The notes: generated by a model not told the origin, from the letters alone. Shown: positions 8,571 through 17,550, counted from the first letter of the stretch. The stretch: DNA of 64,000 nt from an uncultured Gemmatimonadales bacterium (GCA_963830455.1 CAWHMT010000004.1:434644-498643), one strand, 5' to 3'. Program-made: numbers and translations.

Positions 8571-8643
8571 AGGCGGTTAGACGGTTAGGCGGTTAGGAGC
8601 GCTCTGCTTCTAGCCGCCTAACCGTCTAGCCGTCTAACCGCCT
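8571..8643. repeat. Long imperfect hairpin built from 8-mer repeats (3x RCGGTTAG facing 4x CTARCCGY)
   Basis: 8571-8600 pairs with 8614-8643 (~28 of 30 positions pair, including G-U wobbles; one mismatch). It begins 7 nt after the glnA double stop and ends 3 nt before the next ATG. Confidence 0.8.
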
Positions 8644-8645
8644 CT

Positions 8646-9971
8646 ATGACAACCAAACGCGAGATTCTCGAGGCAGCCAAAAAGCAAGACGTAACCAGCC
8701 TCAGGTTGCAGTTCACCGATATCCTCGGCGTCAACAAGAACGTCGAGGTACCCGCGAGCCAGTTCGACAAGGCGCTCGAAGGCGACATCATGTTCGACGG
8801 CTCGTCGATCGAAGGGTTCGTGCGGATCGAGGAGTCGGACATGGTGCTCAGGCCCGACCTCGAGACGTTCCGAGTCCTTCCCAACGGCGATGCCGCCGGC
8901 AAGGTCGCGCGCGTGATCTGCGACATTTACAACCCGGACGGCACGTCCTTCGCCGGGTGCACGCGGCAGGCGCTCAAACGCCAAATCGCCAAAGCCAAGG
9001 CGCTCGGCTATGAGATGATGGCCGGGGTCGAGGCCGAGTTTTTCATCTTCCAGCTCGATGCGAGCGGCAATCCGACCACGAAGACCCACGACCGCGGCGG
9101 ATACTTCGATCAGACGCCGGTGGACCGGGCGGAGGAGATTCGCCGGCTCATCGTGCAGGATCTGGTGGCGATGGGGTTCGAGGTCGAAGCGGGGCATCAC
9201 GAAGTCGCGCCGGGGCAGCATGAAATCGATTTTCGCTACGCGGAGGCATTGGAAACCGCCGACAACCTCGCCACCTTCCGATTCATCGTGCGCAACGTCG
9301 CCTACCGCCATGGCTTCCTGGCGACGTTCATGCCCAAGCCGATCTTCGGCCAGAACGGCTCCGGGATGCACACGCATCAATCGTTATTCCGACAAGGGAC
9401 GAACGCCTTCTACGACGCCAAGGCGCAGTGGGAGCTGTCGAACATCGCGCTGGCGTACATTGCGGGACTGCTGACACACGCCCGGGGGTTTTGCGCTGTC
9501 ACGAATCCGCTGGTCAACAGTTACAAACGCCTGGTGCCGGGGTATGAGGCGCCCGTCAACGTCGCTTGGTCGATGCGCAACCGCTCGCCGCTGGTGCGGA
9601 TTCCCGATCGACGCGGGGCGGGGACGCGCTGCGAGCTGCGCATGCCGGATCCGTCCGTCAATCCATATCTGGCGCTGGCGGTCCAGCTCGCGGCGGGGTT
9701 GGACGGGGTCGAGCACAAGCTGACTCCCCCGGACCCGGTGAATAAGAACATCTTCGAGATGAGCTTCCGGGAGCGGCGCAAATACCGCATCGACGAGCTG
9801 CCCCGGGACCTGCACGAGGCCCTCGACCTGCTCGCGAAAGACGACGTGATTAGAGACGCTCTGGGCACGCACATTTACGAGCGCTTTGTGGAGGCGAAAC
9901 GAGAAGAGTGGCAGGAGTACATCGGGAACGTCAGCGAGTGGGAGCTCGAGCGGTACTTGAGTGTCTACTGA
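8646..9971 (+). CDS. glnA: Glutamine synthetase type I (GSI-alpha, Bacillus/archaeal-like, 441 aa)
   Basis: LRLQFTDILGVNKNVEVP, MFDGSSIEGFVRIEESDM, HHEVAPGQHEIDF, NGSGMHTHQSLF, NSYKRLVPGYEAP. Confidence 0.95.
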   Translation: MTTKREILEAAKKQDVTSLRLQFTDILGVNKNVEVPASQFDKALEGDIMFDGSSIEGFVRIEESDMVLRPDLETFRVLPNGDAAGKVARVICDIYNPDGTSFAGCTRQALKRQIAKAKALGYEMMAGVEAEFFIFQLDASGNPTTKTHDRGGYFDQTPVDRAEEIRRLIVQDLVAMGFEVEAGHHEVAPGQHEIDFRYAEALETADNLATFRFIVRNVAYRHGFLATFMPKPIFGQNGSGMHTHQSLFRQGTNAFYDAKAQWELSNIALAYIAGLLTHARGFCAVTNPLVNSYKRLVPGYEAPVNVAWSMRNRSPLVRIPDRRGAGTRCELRMPDPSVNPYLALAVQLAAGLDGVEHKLTPPDPVNKNIFEMSFRERRKYRIDELPRDLHEALDLLAKDDVIRDALGTHIYERFVEAKREEWQEYIGNVSEWELERYLSVY

Positions 9972-10468
9972 TCGTCGCGAGTCTCAGCGCGTGCGAGCTG
10001 CTGCCGCGCCCCGGCGACACGCAGGGCGTCCAGGGGGCCGGCCGCTGGGACCAGCACGGGCGGATCGTCGTGGACACCGACCCGCGGTACACGGTCGTCC
10101 ATCTGCGCGTGGATACCAGCCTGGCGGAGCGCCACGACGTCCTGCTGGCGCGCTACGACTTCGATCCGAGTGACGGCGCGGGCGACGAGTACGCGCTGAC
10201 GATCGCTCTCGATCTCGGCGACGCCCGCACGCTGTCGGCCAACCGCTCGTACACCCTCGGCGACGCGATCCAGGCTCATGCGACCGTGAGCTGTCTCTGC
10301 ACGCCGCTGCGTCCCGATTCCGTGCGCGGGACCTACACGCTGCAGACTCGGGGCGCGCGCCAGATCGCCGGCCGCATCGACGCGACGCTGTACTTCACGG
10401 CGTGGACTGACTCGAGTCACCACGCGACGTATCGACTGCGCCAGCGCCTCCACGGAGTGCGCCCGTAG
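9908..10468 (+). CDS. Hypothetical lipoprotein
   Basis: N-terminal ...LLIVASLSAC lipobox. Overlaps the glnA 3' end by 64 nt, so the start is uncertain. TAGTG overlap with the next gene. Confidence 0.45.
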   Translation: MAGVHRERQRVGARAVLECLLIVASLSACELLPRPGDTQGVQGAGRWDQHGRIVVDTDPRYTVVHLRVDTSLAERHDVLLARYDFDPSDGAGDEYALTIALDLGDARTLSANRSYTLGDAIQAHATVSCLCTPLRPDSVRGTYTLQTRGARQIAGRIDATLYFTAWTDSSHHATYRLRQRLHGVRP

Positions 10469-11970
10469 TGTTGCTGGCCGTCCTGCTGCTGCTGCAAACC
10501 GGCAATCCTTCCAGCCGTCGAATCATCGACACGATCGTTGTCGAGAACCGCAACGTGTTCGACGGGGACGACGCCGCGCCGGAGTGGGTCGCGAGCCTCG
10601 CCAACAGGCTGCACGTCAAAACCCGACACTGGGTGATCCGGCGCCGGCTGCTCCTCACTCGCGGCGACGCGTTCGATCCCGCACGCATAGAGGAGAGCGA
10701 GCGCGGGCTGCGCTCGCTCGGCGTGTTTCGGCAGGTGCGCGTGGACACCATGACCCAACCGGGCGGCCGGCTGGCATTGCGCGCGGTGACGGCGGACGGG
10801 TGGAGCACACAGCCGCAAGCGAGCTTCACGAGCGTGGGTGGCCAGCAGACGTGGAGCGTCGGCATCGTCGAGCGCAACTTCCTCGGCACCGCGACCGAGC
10901 TGGCCCTGATCTATGGGCGTGATCCCGACCGGACGCGCGTCGATTTCGAATTCGTGAACCCGCACTTCTTCGGCCGGCGCACGCTGCTCAACCTGCGCTA
11001 CGCTGATCTCTCGGACGGCCATCGGGGGGCGTGGCGCTTCGGCTTGCCCTTTCACGAGACGTCCGCACCCCACGCGATCGAAACGTATGGCGAGCTCGCG
11101 CGCGAGCGTGTACTGCGGTTTCGCGATGCCGCGCTGCAGGACAGCACACAGCACTACTTGGCACGCGTCGGCCTGATGGGCGGGATCTCGCTGGGGGGCG
11201 GCGCCACGACCACAAGCCGGTACTCGCGCCTGTGGGGCGGGTGGGAGTGGCGCCGCGAGGATTTCACGGCCAGCGATACGGCGCCCGCGCCGTATTCGGT
11301 GTTCACGGCGGTGCGCGCGGGTGCCGAGCTCGGCGTGGTACGCTTCCGGATTCTGGAGCATTTCAATTCGTTCGCGCGTCGCGAAGACGTCGATTTGTCA
11401 TCGGTGCTGCGCGCGGGCATCGTTCTCGAGTCGGGGGTCGGGTATGAGCTCAGAGGCCAGACGTCCGCGGTGTGGGATCGAGGCTTTGCCGTGCTGCGCG
11501 TCGACGCCAACGGGTTGGATACGACGCGCACGCGGGCGCAGGTGACGGTCGTGAGCCAGAACCTGCGCCATCACACGCTGATCGCGCACGCCGAAGGGGG
11601 AATCGTGACGGGGCCCAAGCCCGGAGCGGAGTTCGATCCCTGGGTGGAGCAGCGGGGCCCGCGCCTGTTCGGGCTGCACGCCTTCACGGGCACGCGCATG
11701 ACGTGGTTCGTGTTGGAGGATCGGATGCTGGTCGCGGATGACGTCCTGGGCTTGTTGGCCGTGGGCGCCGCGCCGTTTCTGGAATACGGGGGCGCGTGGT
11801 ACAGCGACCAGCCCCCCCGGCTGGGGGGCGACGCGGGCGTGTCACTGCGGTTCGGGCCCACGCGTTCCGTGCGGGGCGACGCGGCGGAGCTCGCGGTCGG
11901 CTATCGGTTCGGTGAGCTCGTGACGGGCAAGCGCTGGGGCATCACGTTACGCAAAGGCTTTTCCTTCTAG
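10468..11970 (+). CDS. Omp85/BamA-family outer-membrane protein (POTRA plus surface-antigen barrel)
   Basis: POTRA-like N-terminus (IDTIVVENRNVFD...RGLRSLGVFRQVRV), then beta-strand-rich barrel ending ...GITLRKGFSF (C-terminal aromatic residue). Confidence 0.7.
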   Translation: MLLAVLLLLQTGNPSSRRIIDTIVVENRNVFDGDDAAPEWVASLANRLHVKTRHWVIRRRLLLTRGDAFDPARIEESERGLRSLGVFRQVRVDTMTQPGGRLALRAVTADGWSTQPQASFTSVGGQQTWSVGIVERNFLGTATELALIYGRDPDRTRVDFEFVNPHFFGRRTLLNLRYADLSDGHRGAWRFGLPFHETSAPHAIETYGELARERVLRFRDAALQDSTQHYLARVGLMGGISLGGGATTTSRYSRLWGGWEWRREDFTASDTAPAPYSVFTAVRAGAELGVVRFRILEHFNSFARREDVDLSSVLRAGIVLESGVGYELRGQTSAVWDRGFAVLRVDANGLDTTRTRAQVTVVSQNLRHHTLIAHAEGGIVTGPKPGAEFDPWVEQRGPRLFGLHAFTGTRMTWFVLEDRMLVADDVLGLLAVGAAPFLEYGGAWYSDQPPRLGGDAGVSLRFGPTRSVRGDAAELAVGYRFGELVTGKRWGITLRKGFSF

Positions 11971-11978
11971 GGGCGACC

Positions 11979-12209
11979 ATGGCGAGGTTCGATTGGATCG
12001 GCTGGCTCGCGACTGCCGTGTTCCTGGTATCGTACTTTACCAAGCAGCCGACGTCGCTGCGCCGCGTGCAGGGTGTGGCGGCGGTGCTGTGGGCGCTGTA
12101 CGGCGTCATGATTCACTCGACGCCCGTGATCGTGGCCAATATTCTCGTGGCCGCCGCGGCGATCGCGTCGTCGTTCAGGAAGATTTCGCCTTCCGCTTCT
12201 CCTCCATGA
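11979..12209 (+). CDS. Small 3-TM membrane protein, SemiSWEET/PQ-loop-like
   Basis: 76 aa. The pattern LWALYG....TPVIVANILV resembles the SemiSWEET TM2-TM3 signature. Tentative. Confidence 0.35.
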   Translation: MARFDWIGWLATAVFLVSYFTKQPTSLRRVQGVAAVLWALYGVMIHSTPVIVANILVAAAAIASSFRKISPSASPP

Positions 12210-12567
12210 GCGCCATGGGGTTTTTGTCGGGATCGTGAAAGAACGCCATCCATAGATCGTAGTCGGCCGCCTGGTGCACGCGATGCGGCGCGCCCACGAA
12301 TTCAACTCCGCGCTGAACCAGCGTGCGATGCACGCCCTCGATGTCGGCCACCCGGAAATAGAGCACCGAACCGGGATGGTCCTGCTCGGCGTTTTCCGGC
12401 GGCGACAGCATCAGGCGCACGGGGCCCATCTGGAAGAAGGCGAGCGACGGCGGCGCCTGAAACAGCAGGGGCAGACCGAGGACGTCGCGGTGGAATCTGA
12501 CGGCGCGGTCGAGATCGTGCACGACATTCGTGACCTGCGCGAGCTCCGGCGTGGCGGCGGCGAGCAT
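12175..12567 (-). CDS. VOC/glyoxalase-family protein
   Basis: VHDLDRAVRFHRDVLGLPL...FFHDPDKNPMALME, a typical VOC fold signature. Confidence 0.8.
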   Translation of the reverse strand: MLAAATPELAQVTNVVHDLDRAVRFHRDVLGLPLLFQAPPSLAFFQMGPVRLMLSPPENAEQDHPGSVLYFRVADIEGVHRTLVQRGVEFVGAPHRVHQAADYDLWMAFFHDPDKNPMALMEEKRKAKSS

Positions 12568-12581
12568 TGACCCCTCCGGGG

Positions 12582-12607
12582 AATTAGTTAGCTTTAGCTA
12601 AGTAATT
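12582..12607. promoter_or_regulatory. 26-bp near-perfect palindrome AATTAGTTAGCT-TT-AGCTAAGTAATT; probable MarR operator
   Basis: 11/12 arm matches. AT-rich. Ends immediately before the MarR ATG (12608), in the divergent marR/VOC region. Confidence 0.6.
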
Positions 12608-13060
12608 ATGGTTGCCGCCTTCCGTCAAGCCCCATCCGGCAGCGTCCGGACGATCGCCGACCGGCTGCACTCCGCCGCCATTCACGTGCTGCGCCGGCTG
12701 CGCGTCGAAGACAAGGCGATCGGCCTGTCCGGGCCGCGCGCGTCGGCGTTGTCCGTGATCGTGTTCCGGGGTCCGGTGACCATGAGTGCCCTGGCCGAGG
12801 CGGAGCAGGTGCGGCCGCCGACGATGACGCGCCTGGTGGCTGGGCTGGAGCGCCGGGGACTCGTCCGGCGCGTCAGCGATTCACGCGATGGACGGGTGCA
12901 GCTGGTGGAGGCAACCGCGGCAGGCCGGCGCTTGTTGAACAAAGGGCGTGCACGGCGCGTGGCGCGACTCGCCGAGGGCGTCGCGCGGCTATCAAAGGAC
13001 GATCAGGACCTGCTCGCTGGCGCGGCAGAGCTCATGGATCGCCTCGCGGCGATGGGTTGA
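12608..13060 (+). CDS. MarR-family transcriptional regulator
   Basis: Winged-HTH core LSVIVFRGPVTMSALAEAEQVRPPTMTRLVAGLERRGLVRRVSDSRDGR. Confidence 0.9.
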   Translation: MVAAFRQAPSGSVRTIADRLHSAAIHVLRRLRVEDKAIGLSGPRASALSVIVFRGPVTMSALAEAEQVRPPTMTRLVAGLERRGLVRRVSDSRDGRVQLVEATAAGRRLLNKGRARRVARLAEGVARLSKDDQDLLAGAAELMDRLAAMG

Positions 13061-13094
13061 GAAAGTGCTGTGATTTGGCGACTTTTGACGGCCT

Positions 13095-13166
<72 letters not shown>

Positions 13167-13177
13167 CTTCAGCCCGC

Positions 13178-13804
13178 CTAGCCGGCCATCACCGTTATCC
13201 GCTTCCCCTCCGTACCCCCCGCCATGGCGGCGATGGCGCGCGCGATCTTCGCCGCTCCCGCGGCGGACGGCGCAATCTGGACGGCGAAGTCACCTGGGCT
13301 CGTGCAGATCGCGCGTAAATCCAATACATCCACACCCCAGCGGTACGCGGTCCGCAAGATGCGATCGTTGAGCAGGCTCAGCAGCACGCGTGCTCGACTG
13401 GCCGTGTTCTTCCCGATGAGCGGCGGCTCGTAAATCGTACATAACACGACTTTGGGTGCGCGATCGCGCACGGTCTTCACGACGCGATCGTACGCCCCGC
13501 CAAATTCGTCGACCATTCTGATCAGCGCGTCCAGCGTCTCGCCGCTCGACTGCGCGGGTTGCTGCAGGATGTCGACGTGCTCCATGGCATCGTTCCCCCC
13601 GACGCTGAGCACGACGAGATCCGCATCAGCCGGGAGTTGCTGCGCCTGGGCGGGGACCATGGCCATCGCCGCACCCTCGGCGGCGAGCAAGGAGACAGTC
13701 CAGGCCGGCAGCAGCTGTCGAATGGTCGAGGCGGTGTCCGGCTCCCGGTTCGTGTGGGCGCCGTTCGCCAGAATGCCATCGCCGAGCAGCACGAGCTGTG
13801 GCAT
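13178..13804 (-). CDS. SGNH/GDSL-hydrolase-fold protein lacking the catalytic Ser and His
   Basis: Block III GGND is present (LSVGGNDAMEH). Block I reads LLGDGIL (GDS to GDG) and block V reads VQIAPSAAG (DxxHP to VQIAP). Confidence 0.7.
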   Translation of the reverse strand: MPQLVLLGDGILANGAHTNREPDTASTIRQLLPAWTVSLLAAEGAAMAMVPAQAQQLPADADLVVLSVGGNDAMEHVDILQQPAQSSGETLDALIRMVDEFGGAYDRVVKTVRDRAPKVVLCTIYEPPLIGKNTASRARVLLSLLNDRILRTAYRWGVDVLDLRAICTSPGDFAVQIAPSAAGAAKIARAIAAMAGGTEGKRITVMAG

Positions 13805-13806
13805 GG

Positions 13807-16020
13807 TTAGCGCCGCCGCCCGCCGCCGCCACGCCCACCACCACCACGACTCCCGCCGGAGGATCGCGTCGAGCTGCGCTGGCGCGCCTGGTATTCACGA
13901 TTCCCACCCTGCGAACCGTAGCTGCTGCCCCCGCGATCGCGTGACCAGTTGTTGCCCTGGCGGGATTCCCACCCACCACCCGACGTCCGGCGGTGCACAT
14001 TGCCGTTGCGATCGGCGAACACATTGTTGGAGCCGCGAGCGGTCCGCATTTGACTGGACGCTCGCTGCTGAGTCGAGCGGTCGGCGTTGCGAGCGCGGGT
14101 GTCAGGACGATTGTACAGATTCGAGCTGGCAGGCCGCTGCGACGCCGAGGGCCTGCTGGCCGGCCGCTGCCGGGCCCCACCGCCGGCCGTGTTCCCGATG
14201 TTCACGTTCTGGCGGCCGCGGTTCACGTTGCCGCCCCCCCGGTTCACGTTGATCGTGCAATTGAAGCAGCCGCGATAGCCACCGGCCGGGTAATAGCGGT
14301 TGCTGTTGCCGATCGCGATGCCGACGCCAACGGCGAAGAACGCCGTCCCGAACGTGGTGCCCATTCCGTAACCGGTGTACGGGTTGTAGGACGCCGAGAC
14401 GCCGTAGGTCACCGGGTACGGGTAGTAGACCGTGCCAACGTAGGGCGGATACGTATACCCGGTGCCGTACACGGGCACGCCGTAGTACGGATAAGCCCCG
14501 ACGTAGCCAGGCGTGTAGCCGACGTACACGACCTCCGGCGTCGAGCCGTAGACGTGCACAAAGGTCACGGGGTAAACCGGCACGCTAGGCGGAATCTTCG
14601 CGATCTCATCGCGCGGAATGCTGTCCGCCACGATCCACGGCCCCTGCGGGCTCGTCGCCTTGAACCAGACTGCGTTGTCGCACGCGTAGTAGGCACCGCC
14701 CACATGCAGCACCGAGGAGGGTGTGTTCGTGGCGTAGGCGACTAACGTGCCGGGGATCGCCACGAACTTCGGCTCGCCATCGTATTTCGCGGTGAAGGTC
14801 GTTTGGCTGCGCACCACCGCGGTTGTCTGAGGAATCTGCAAATCGAGGACGGCGTCCTGTGCCTCGACCGTCAACGCCACCGAGTTCCGAACTCCACCGA
14901 TCGGCGAGTCCGGCGGAATCTCCTGGAATGACGCGGGCAGCGAATCGGCTCGCGCAAAGCTCCACGGCCCCTGCACCGATTGGCTGCGGAACCAGCGCCC
15001 CGAGATCAGGAGGTAGTTGTCTTTGCCCTCCGTCTCACGGATCCAGGGCGTCTCGGTGTTTTCGACGTACAGCAGCTTGCCGCCTGCCGTCGTCGTCCAT
15101 TTGGGCGGTCCCTGCGTGGCGACCAGCTCGGTCGGCTCCGTGGCCGTCACGATGACCAGCGGCGGCGCGAACAATGTGTCGGTGCGGGCGGGCGCCGCCG
15201 CTGTATCGGGCTTCGTGGCCGCCGTGTCGCTGCTGGGGGCGGGCGCAAACAACGTGTCCACGCGTGCCACCGTGATGGTGTCGCCGGCCAGTTTACGGAT
15301 TGTGTCAGGCGGCGTCCCACCGGCAGTCCATGGCCCCTTCGGATCGGTTGCCGAGTACCAGCTGCCGGGACCCGCGCCCAGCCAGAACGTGCCGGTCACC
15401 GTGTCCTTCACGACGCCAAACGGCGTGTTCACCACCAAGGCGAGCGGTGTGTTCGGGATCGGCTGCAGGTGCGGCTCTCCATCATAGAGCAGCAGGACCG
15501 CGAGCTGCTCGGTGAACACGATCTTCGGCGCGTCGCTCTTCAAGCCGTCGGTGTGGCTCCGCTGCGCATCGGCGGATGCCAGGCTGGCCTGCAGGCGCGC
15601 CAGTGTCATGCGGAAGCCGGACTTGGGGAAGTCCATTTCGACGATTTGCGTGAACCGCCGCTGCTGCTCCTCGGTCGCGTCTGGCCAGCGCACCCGGGTG
15701 ACCTTGACGTCGCTGACCCACACCATCCCGGAGTCCCGGTCGACATCGATCGTCGCCGACATCCACATGGCGCCGAAAATGGGGTCCGCTCTGCCGGCCA
15801 CCTTGAGCGCGATCGCCCCTCGGGCAGTCAGCACATTGCCGGCGAGCTGCTCGGCCTGCGGTTGGTACAGCACGATGGTCCCGGTGGCGCCACCTGAAAC
15901 GGGGATCTCGCGGGGCCAGCTATAGTCCTGCGCCTGCAGTGCAGACGCGCACAAGACGAGCAACGTGAATAGGGGCGTACGCATGGCCGGAAAGTCGCGT
16001 CCGAGCCGGAAAAACGGCAT
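13807..16020 (-). CDS. Large secreted protein with W[YF]-x6-7-GPW repeats, a Tyr/Pro/Gly-rich segment and an Arg/Gly/Ser/Asn-rich tail
   Basis: Signal peptide MRTPLFTLLVLCASALQAQ. Repeats SWYSATDPKGPW, RWFRSQSVQGPW, VWFKATSPQGPW. Then YVGYTPGYVGAYPYYGVPVYGTGYTYPPYVG..., and a tail ...NVNRGGGNVNRGRQNVNIGN...SRGGGGRGGGGRRR. The start is 16020 or ATG 15984. Confidence 0.6.
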   Translation of the reverse strand: MPFFRLGRDFPAMRTPLFTLLVLCASALQAQDYSWPREIPVSGGATGTIVLYQPQAEQLAGNVLTARGAIALKVAGRADPIFGAMWMSATIDVDRDSGMVWVSDVKVTRVRWPDATEEQQRRFTQIVEMDFPKSGFRMTLARLQASLASADAQRSHTDGLKSDAPKIVFTEQLAVLLLYDGEPHLQPIPNTPLALVVNTPFGVVKDTVTGTFWLGAGPGSWYSATDPKGPWTAGGTPPDTIRKLAGDTITVARVDTLFAPAPSSDTAATKPDTAAAPARTDTLFAPPLVIVTATEPTELVATQGPPKWTTTAGGKLLYVENTETPWIRETEGKDNYLLISGRWFRSQSVQGPWSFARADSLPASFQEIPPDSPIGGVRNSVALTVEAQDAVLDLQIPQTTAVVRSQTTFTAKYDGEPKFVAIPGTLVAYATNTPSSVLHVGGAYYACDNAVWFKATSPQGPWIVADSIPRDEIAKIPPSVPVYPVTFVHVYGSTPEVVYVGYTPGYVGAYPYYGVPVYGTGYTYPPYVGTVYYPYPVTYGVSASYNPYTGYGMGTTFGTAFFAVGVGIAIGNSNRYYPAGGYRGCFNCTINVNRGGGNVNRGRQNVNIGNTAGGGARQRPASRPSASQRPASSNLYNRPDTRARNADRSTQQRASSQMRTARGSNNVFADRNGNVHRRTSGGGWESRQGNNWSRDRGGSSYGSQGGNREYQARQRSSTRSSGGSRGGGGRGGGGRRR

Positions 16021-16072
16021 AAGACTAAGGGGTTATTCCGGCCCTGCCTGAGTCCTGCGCATCGTGGAGCCC

Positions 16073-17488
16073 ATGCATACATCTCAACGTATTGCGGGGA
16101 TTCTGGCCGCCCTGGTTATCTCCGCCGTCCCGTTGGCCGCACAACACGGTGGGACGATCGAGCTTGGCGGCTTCGTGCGGTACGGGGATTACGACGACCA
16201 GCTGAACCTGGACGCGGCCGCCGGTTATGGGGGGCGGTTCGGTATCTTCTTCTCCCCGAAGTTTTTCATCGAAGCCGATGGAGCGTTCGTCCCGACGAAG
16301 TCGGGCTCCATCGACGTCGATCACACGCCGATCCACGTGCGCCTGACGGGTAACTTCGGGTTCACGAAGCGACTGGCGCTGCTGCTCGGCGCCGGCTGGG
16401 CGTACAACAAGTTCGGAAACGGCGTGGATGAGCAGGAGAACGGAGCCGGTGGGCTGGCTGGCCTGCGGCTCAGTCTCGGCAAGCGCCTCGCGCTGCGGGG
16501 CGACGTCATAGCGGACTACATGTTCGACCACGCGTCGAGCGTCGCGAATCCAACCGTCCATTACGCCGCGCAGGCGGGCGTGAGCCTCATGATCCGCGGC
16601 GGTCCGGGAGACAAGGACAAGGACGGTGTGATTGATTCGGCCGACCGGTGCGCGAACACTCCAGAGAATTCGCCGGTCGACGTGAACGGTTGCCCGGACG
16701 CGGACCGCGACGGCGTGCCGGACCAAGCGGACCGCTGCGCGCAGAGTCCCACCGGAATCGCCGTCGATGCGATCGGCTGCACGGACGTAGACAGTGACGG
16801 CGTCGTGGACCCGCAGGACCGCTGCACGAATACCCCCACGGGCACGCGCGTCGATGCGACCGGCTGCCCGGTGGACACTGACGGCGATGGCGTGGCCGAT
16901 CCAACCGACCGCTGCCCGGGTACGCCCCCCGGCGCGCGCGTCGATCCGGCGAACGGCTGCCCCACGGACGCGGATAATGATGGCGTCGTGGATAGCCAGG
17001 ACCGGTGCCCCGGCACGATTGGGGGGGTCGTCGTGGGTCCGACGGGGTGCCCGCCGGACGCCGATGGCGATGGCGTGGCGGATGCGCAGGACACATGTCC
17101 CGGCACGGCCGCAGGCGCGACCGTGGACGCCTCGGGCTGTCCCGCGGCCGGACCCGTGGTCCTCGAAGGCGTAGCCTTCCTGACCGGCAGCTCGAAACTG
17201 ACGCTGAACTCGCAGGGCCCACTGGACCGCGTGGTCACGGCGTTGCGGGAACGTCCCCAGCTGCGGGTCGTAATCGAAGGGCACACCGACAATGTCGGGA
17301 ATCGCGACGCCAACCTGCGGCTGTCCAAAGCTCGTGCCGACGCCGTGCGCGCCTACTTCATTGCCAAGGGCATCGCGGCGGACCGTCTGACGGCGGTCGG
17401 GATCGGACCCGATCAACCGGTTGCGCCCAACGATACAGAGGCAGGGCGGGCCAGGAACCGGCGCGTGCAGCTGCGGCAGCAGCCCTAG
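16073..17488 (+). CDS. OmpA-family outer-membrane protein with thrombospondin type-3 Ca-binding repeats
   Basis: Signal peptide and N-terminal beta-barrel, about eight DxDxDGVxDxxDxC repeats, C-terminal OmpA/MotB domain (IEGHTDNVGNRDANLRLSKARADAV...NRRV). Confidence 0.9.
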   Translation: MHTSQRIAGILAALVISAVPLAAQHGGTIELGGFVRYGDYDDQLNLDAAAGYGGRFGIFFSPKFFIEADGAFVPTKSGSIDVDHTPIHVRLTGNFGFTKRLALLLGAGWAYNKFGNGVDEQENGAGGLAGLRLSLGKRLALRGDVIADYMFDHASSVANPTVHYAAQAGVSLMIRGGPGDKDKDGVIDSADRCANTPENSPVDVNGCPDADRDGVPDQADRCAQSPTGIAVDAIGCTDVDSDGVVDPQDRCTNTPTGTRVDATGCPVDTDGDGVADPTDRCPGTPPGARVDPANGCPTDADNDGVVDSQDRCPGTIGGVVVGPTGCPPDADGDGVADAQDTCPGTAAGATVDASGCPAAGPVVLEGVAFLTGSSKLTLNSQGPLDRVVTALRERPQLRVVIEGHTDNVGNRDANLRLSKARADAVRAYFIAKGIAADRLTAVGIGPDQPVAPNDTEAGRARNRRVQLRQQP

Positions 17489-17500
17489 CGTAGACCGGGA

Positions 17501-17534
17501 ACGAGCACGGCGGCGTCTCTCGCGCCGTGCTCGT
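17501..17534. terminator. Hairpin terminator between convergent genes
   Basis: ACGAGCACGGCG-N10-CGCCGTGCTCGT: perfect 12-bp stem. Confidence 0.6.
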
Positions 17535-17550
17535 CTCCCACTCCTTGGCT

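Noticed and set aside
8571-8643. Possible CRISPR-like or tandem-repeat array.
   Set aside because: The units are only 8 nt long, contiguous, without spacers and arranged as an inverted pair. I recognised no cas genes in the window. It is a hairpin, not a CRISPR array.
16600-17150. Periodic DNA repeats (GACxxxGACGGCGTxxxGAC...).
   Set aside because: These are coding repeats for thrombospondin type-3 Ca-binding motifs inside the OmpA-family gene.
16025-17416. 463-aa minus-strand ORF, plus other alternate-frame ORFs at 16561-17328 and 16587-17222.
   Set aside because: They lie antisense or out of frame to the OmpA/TSP3 gene, whose repeats and OmpA domain are unambiguous. The Arg/Pro/Gly-rich repeats only mirror the coding repeats.
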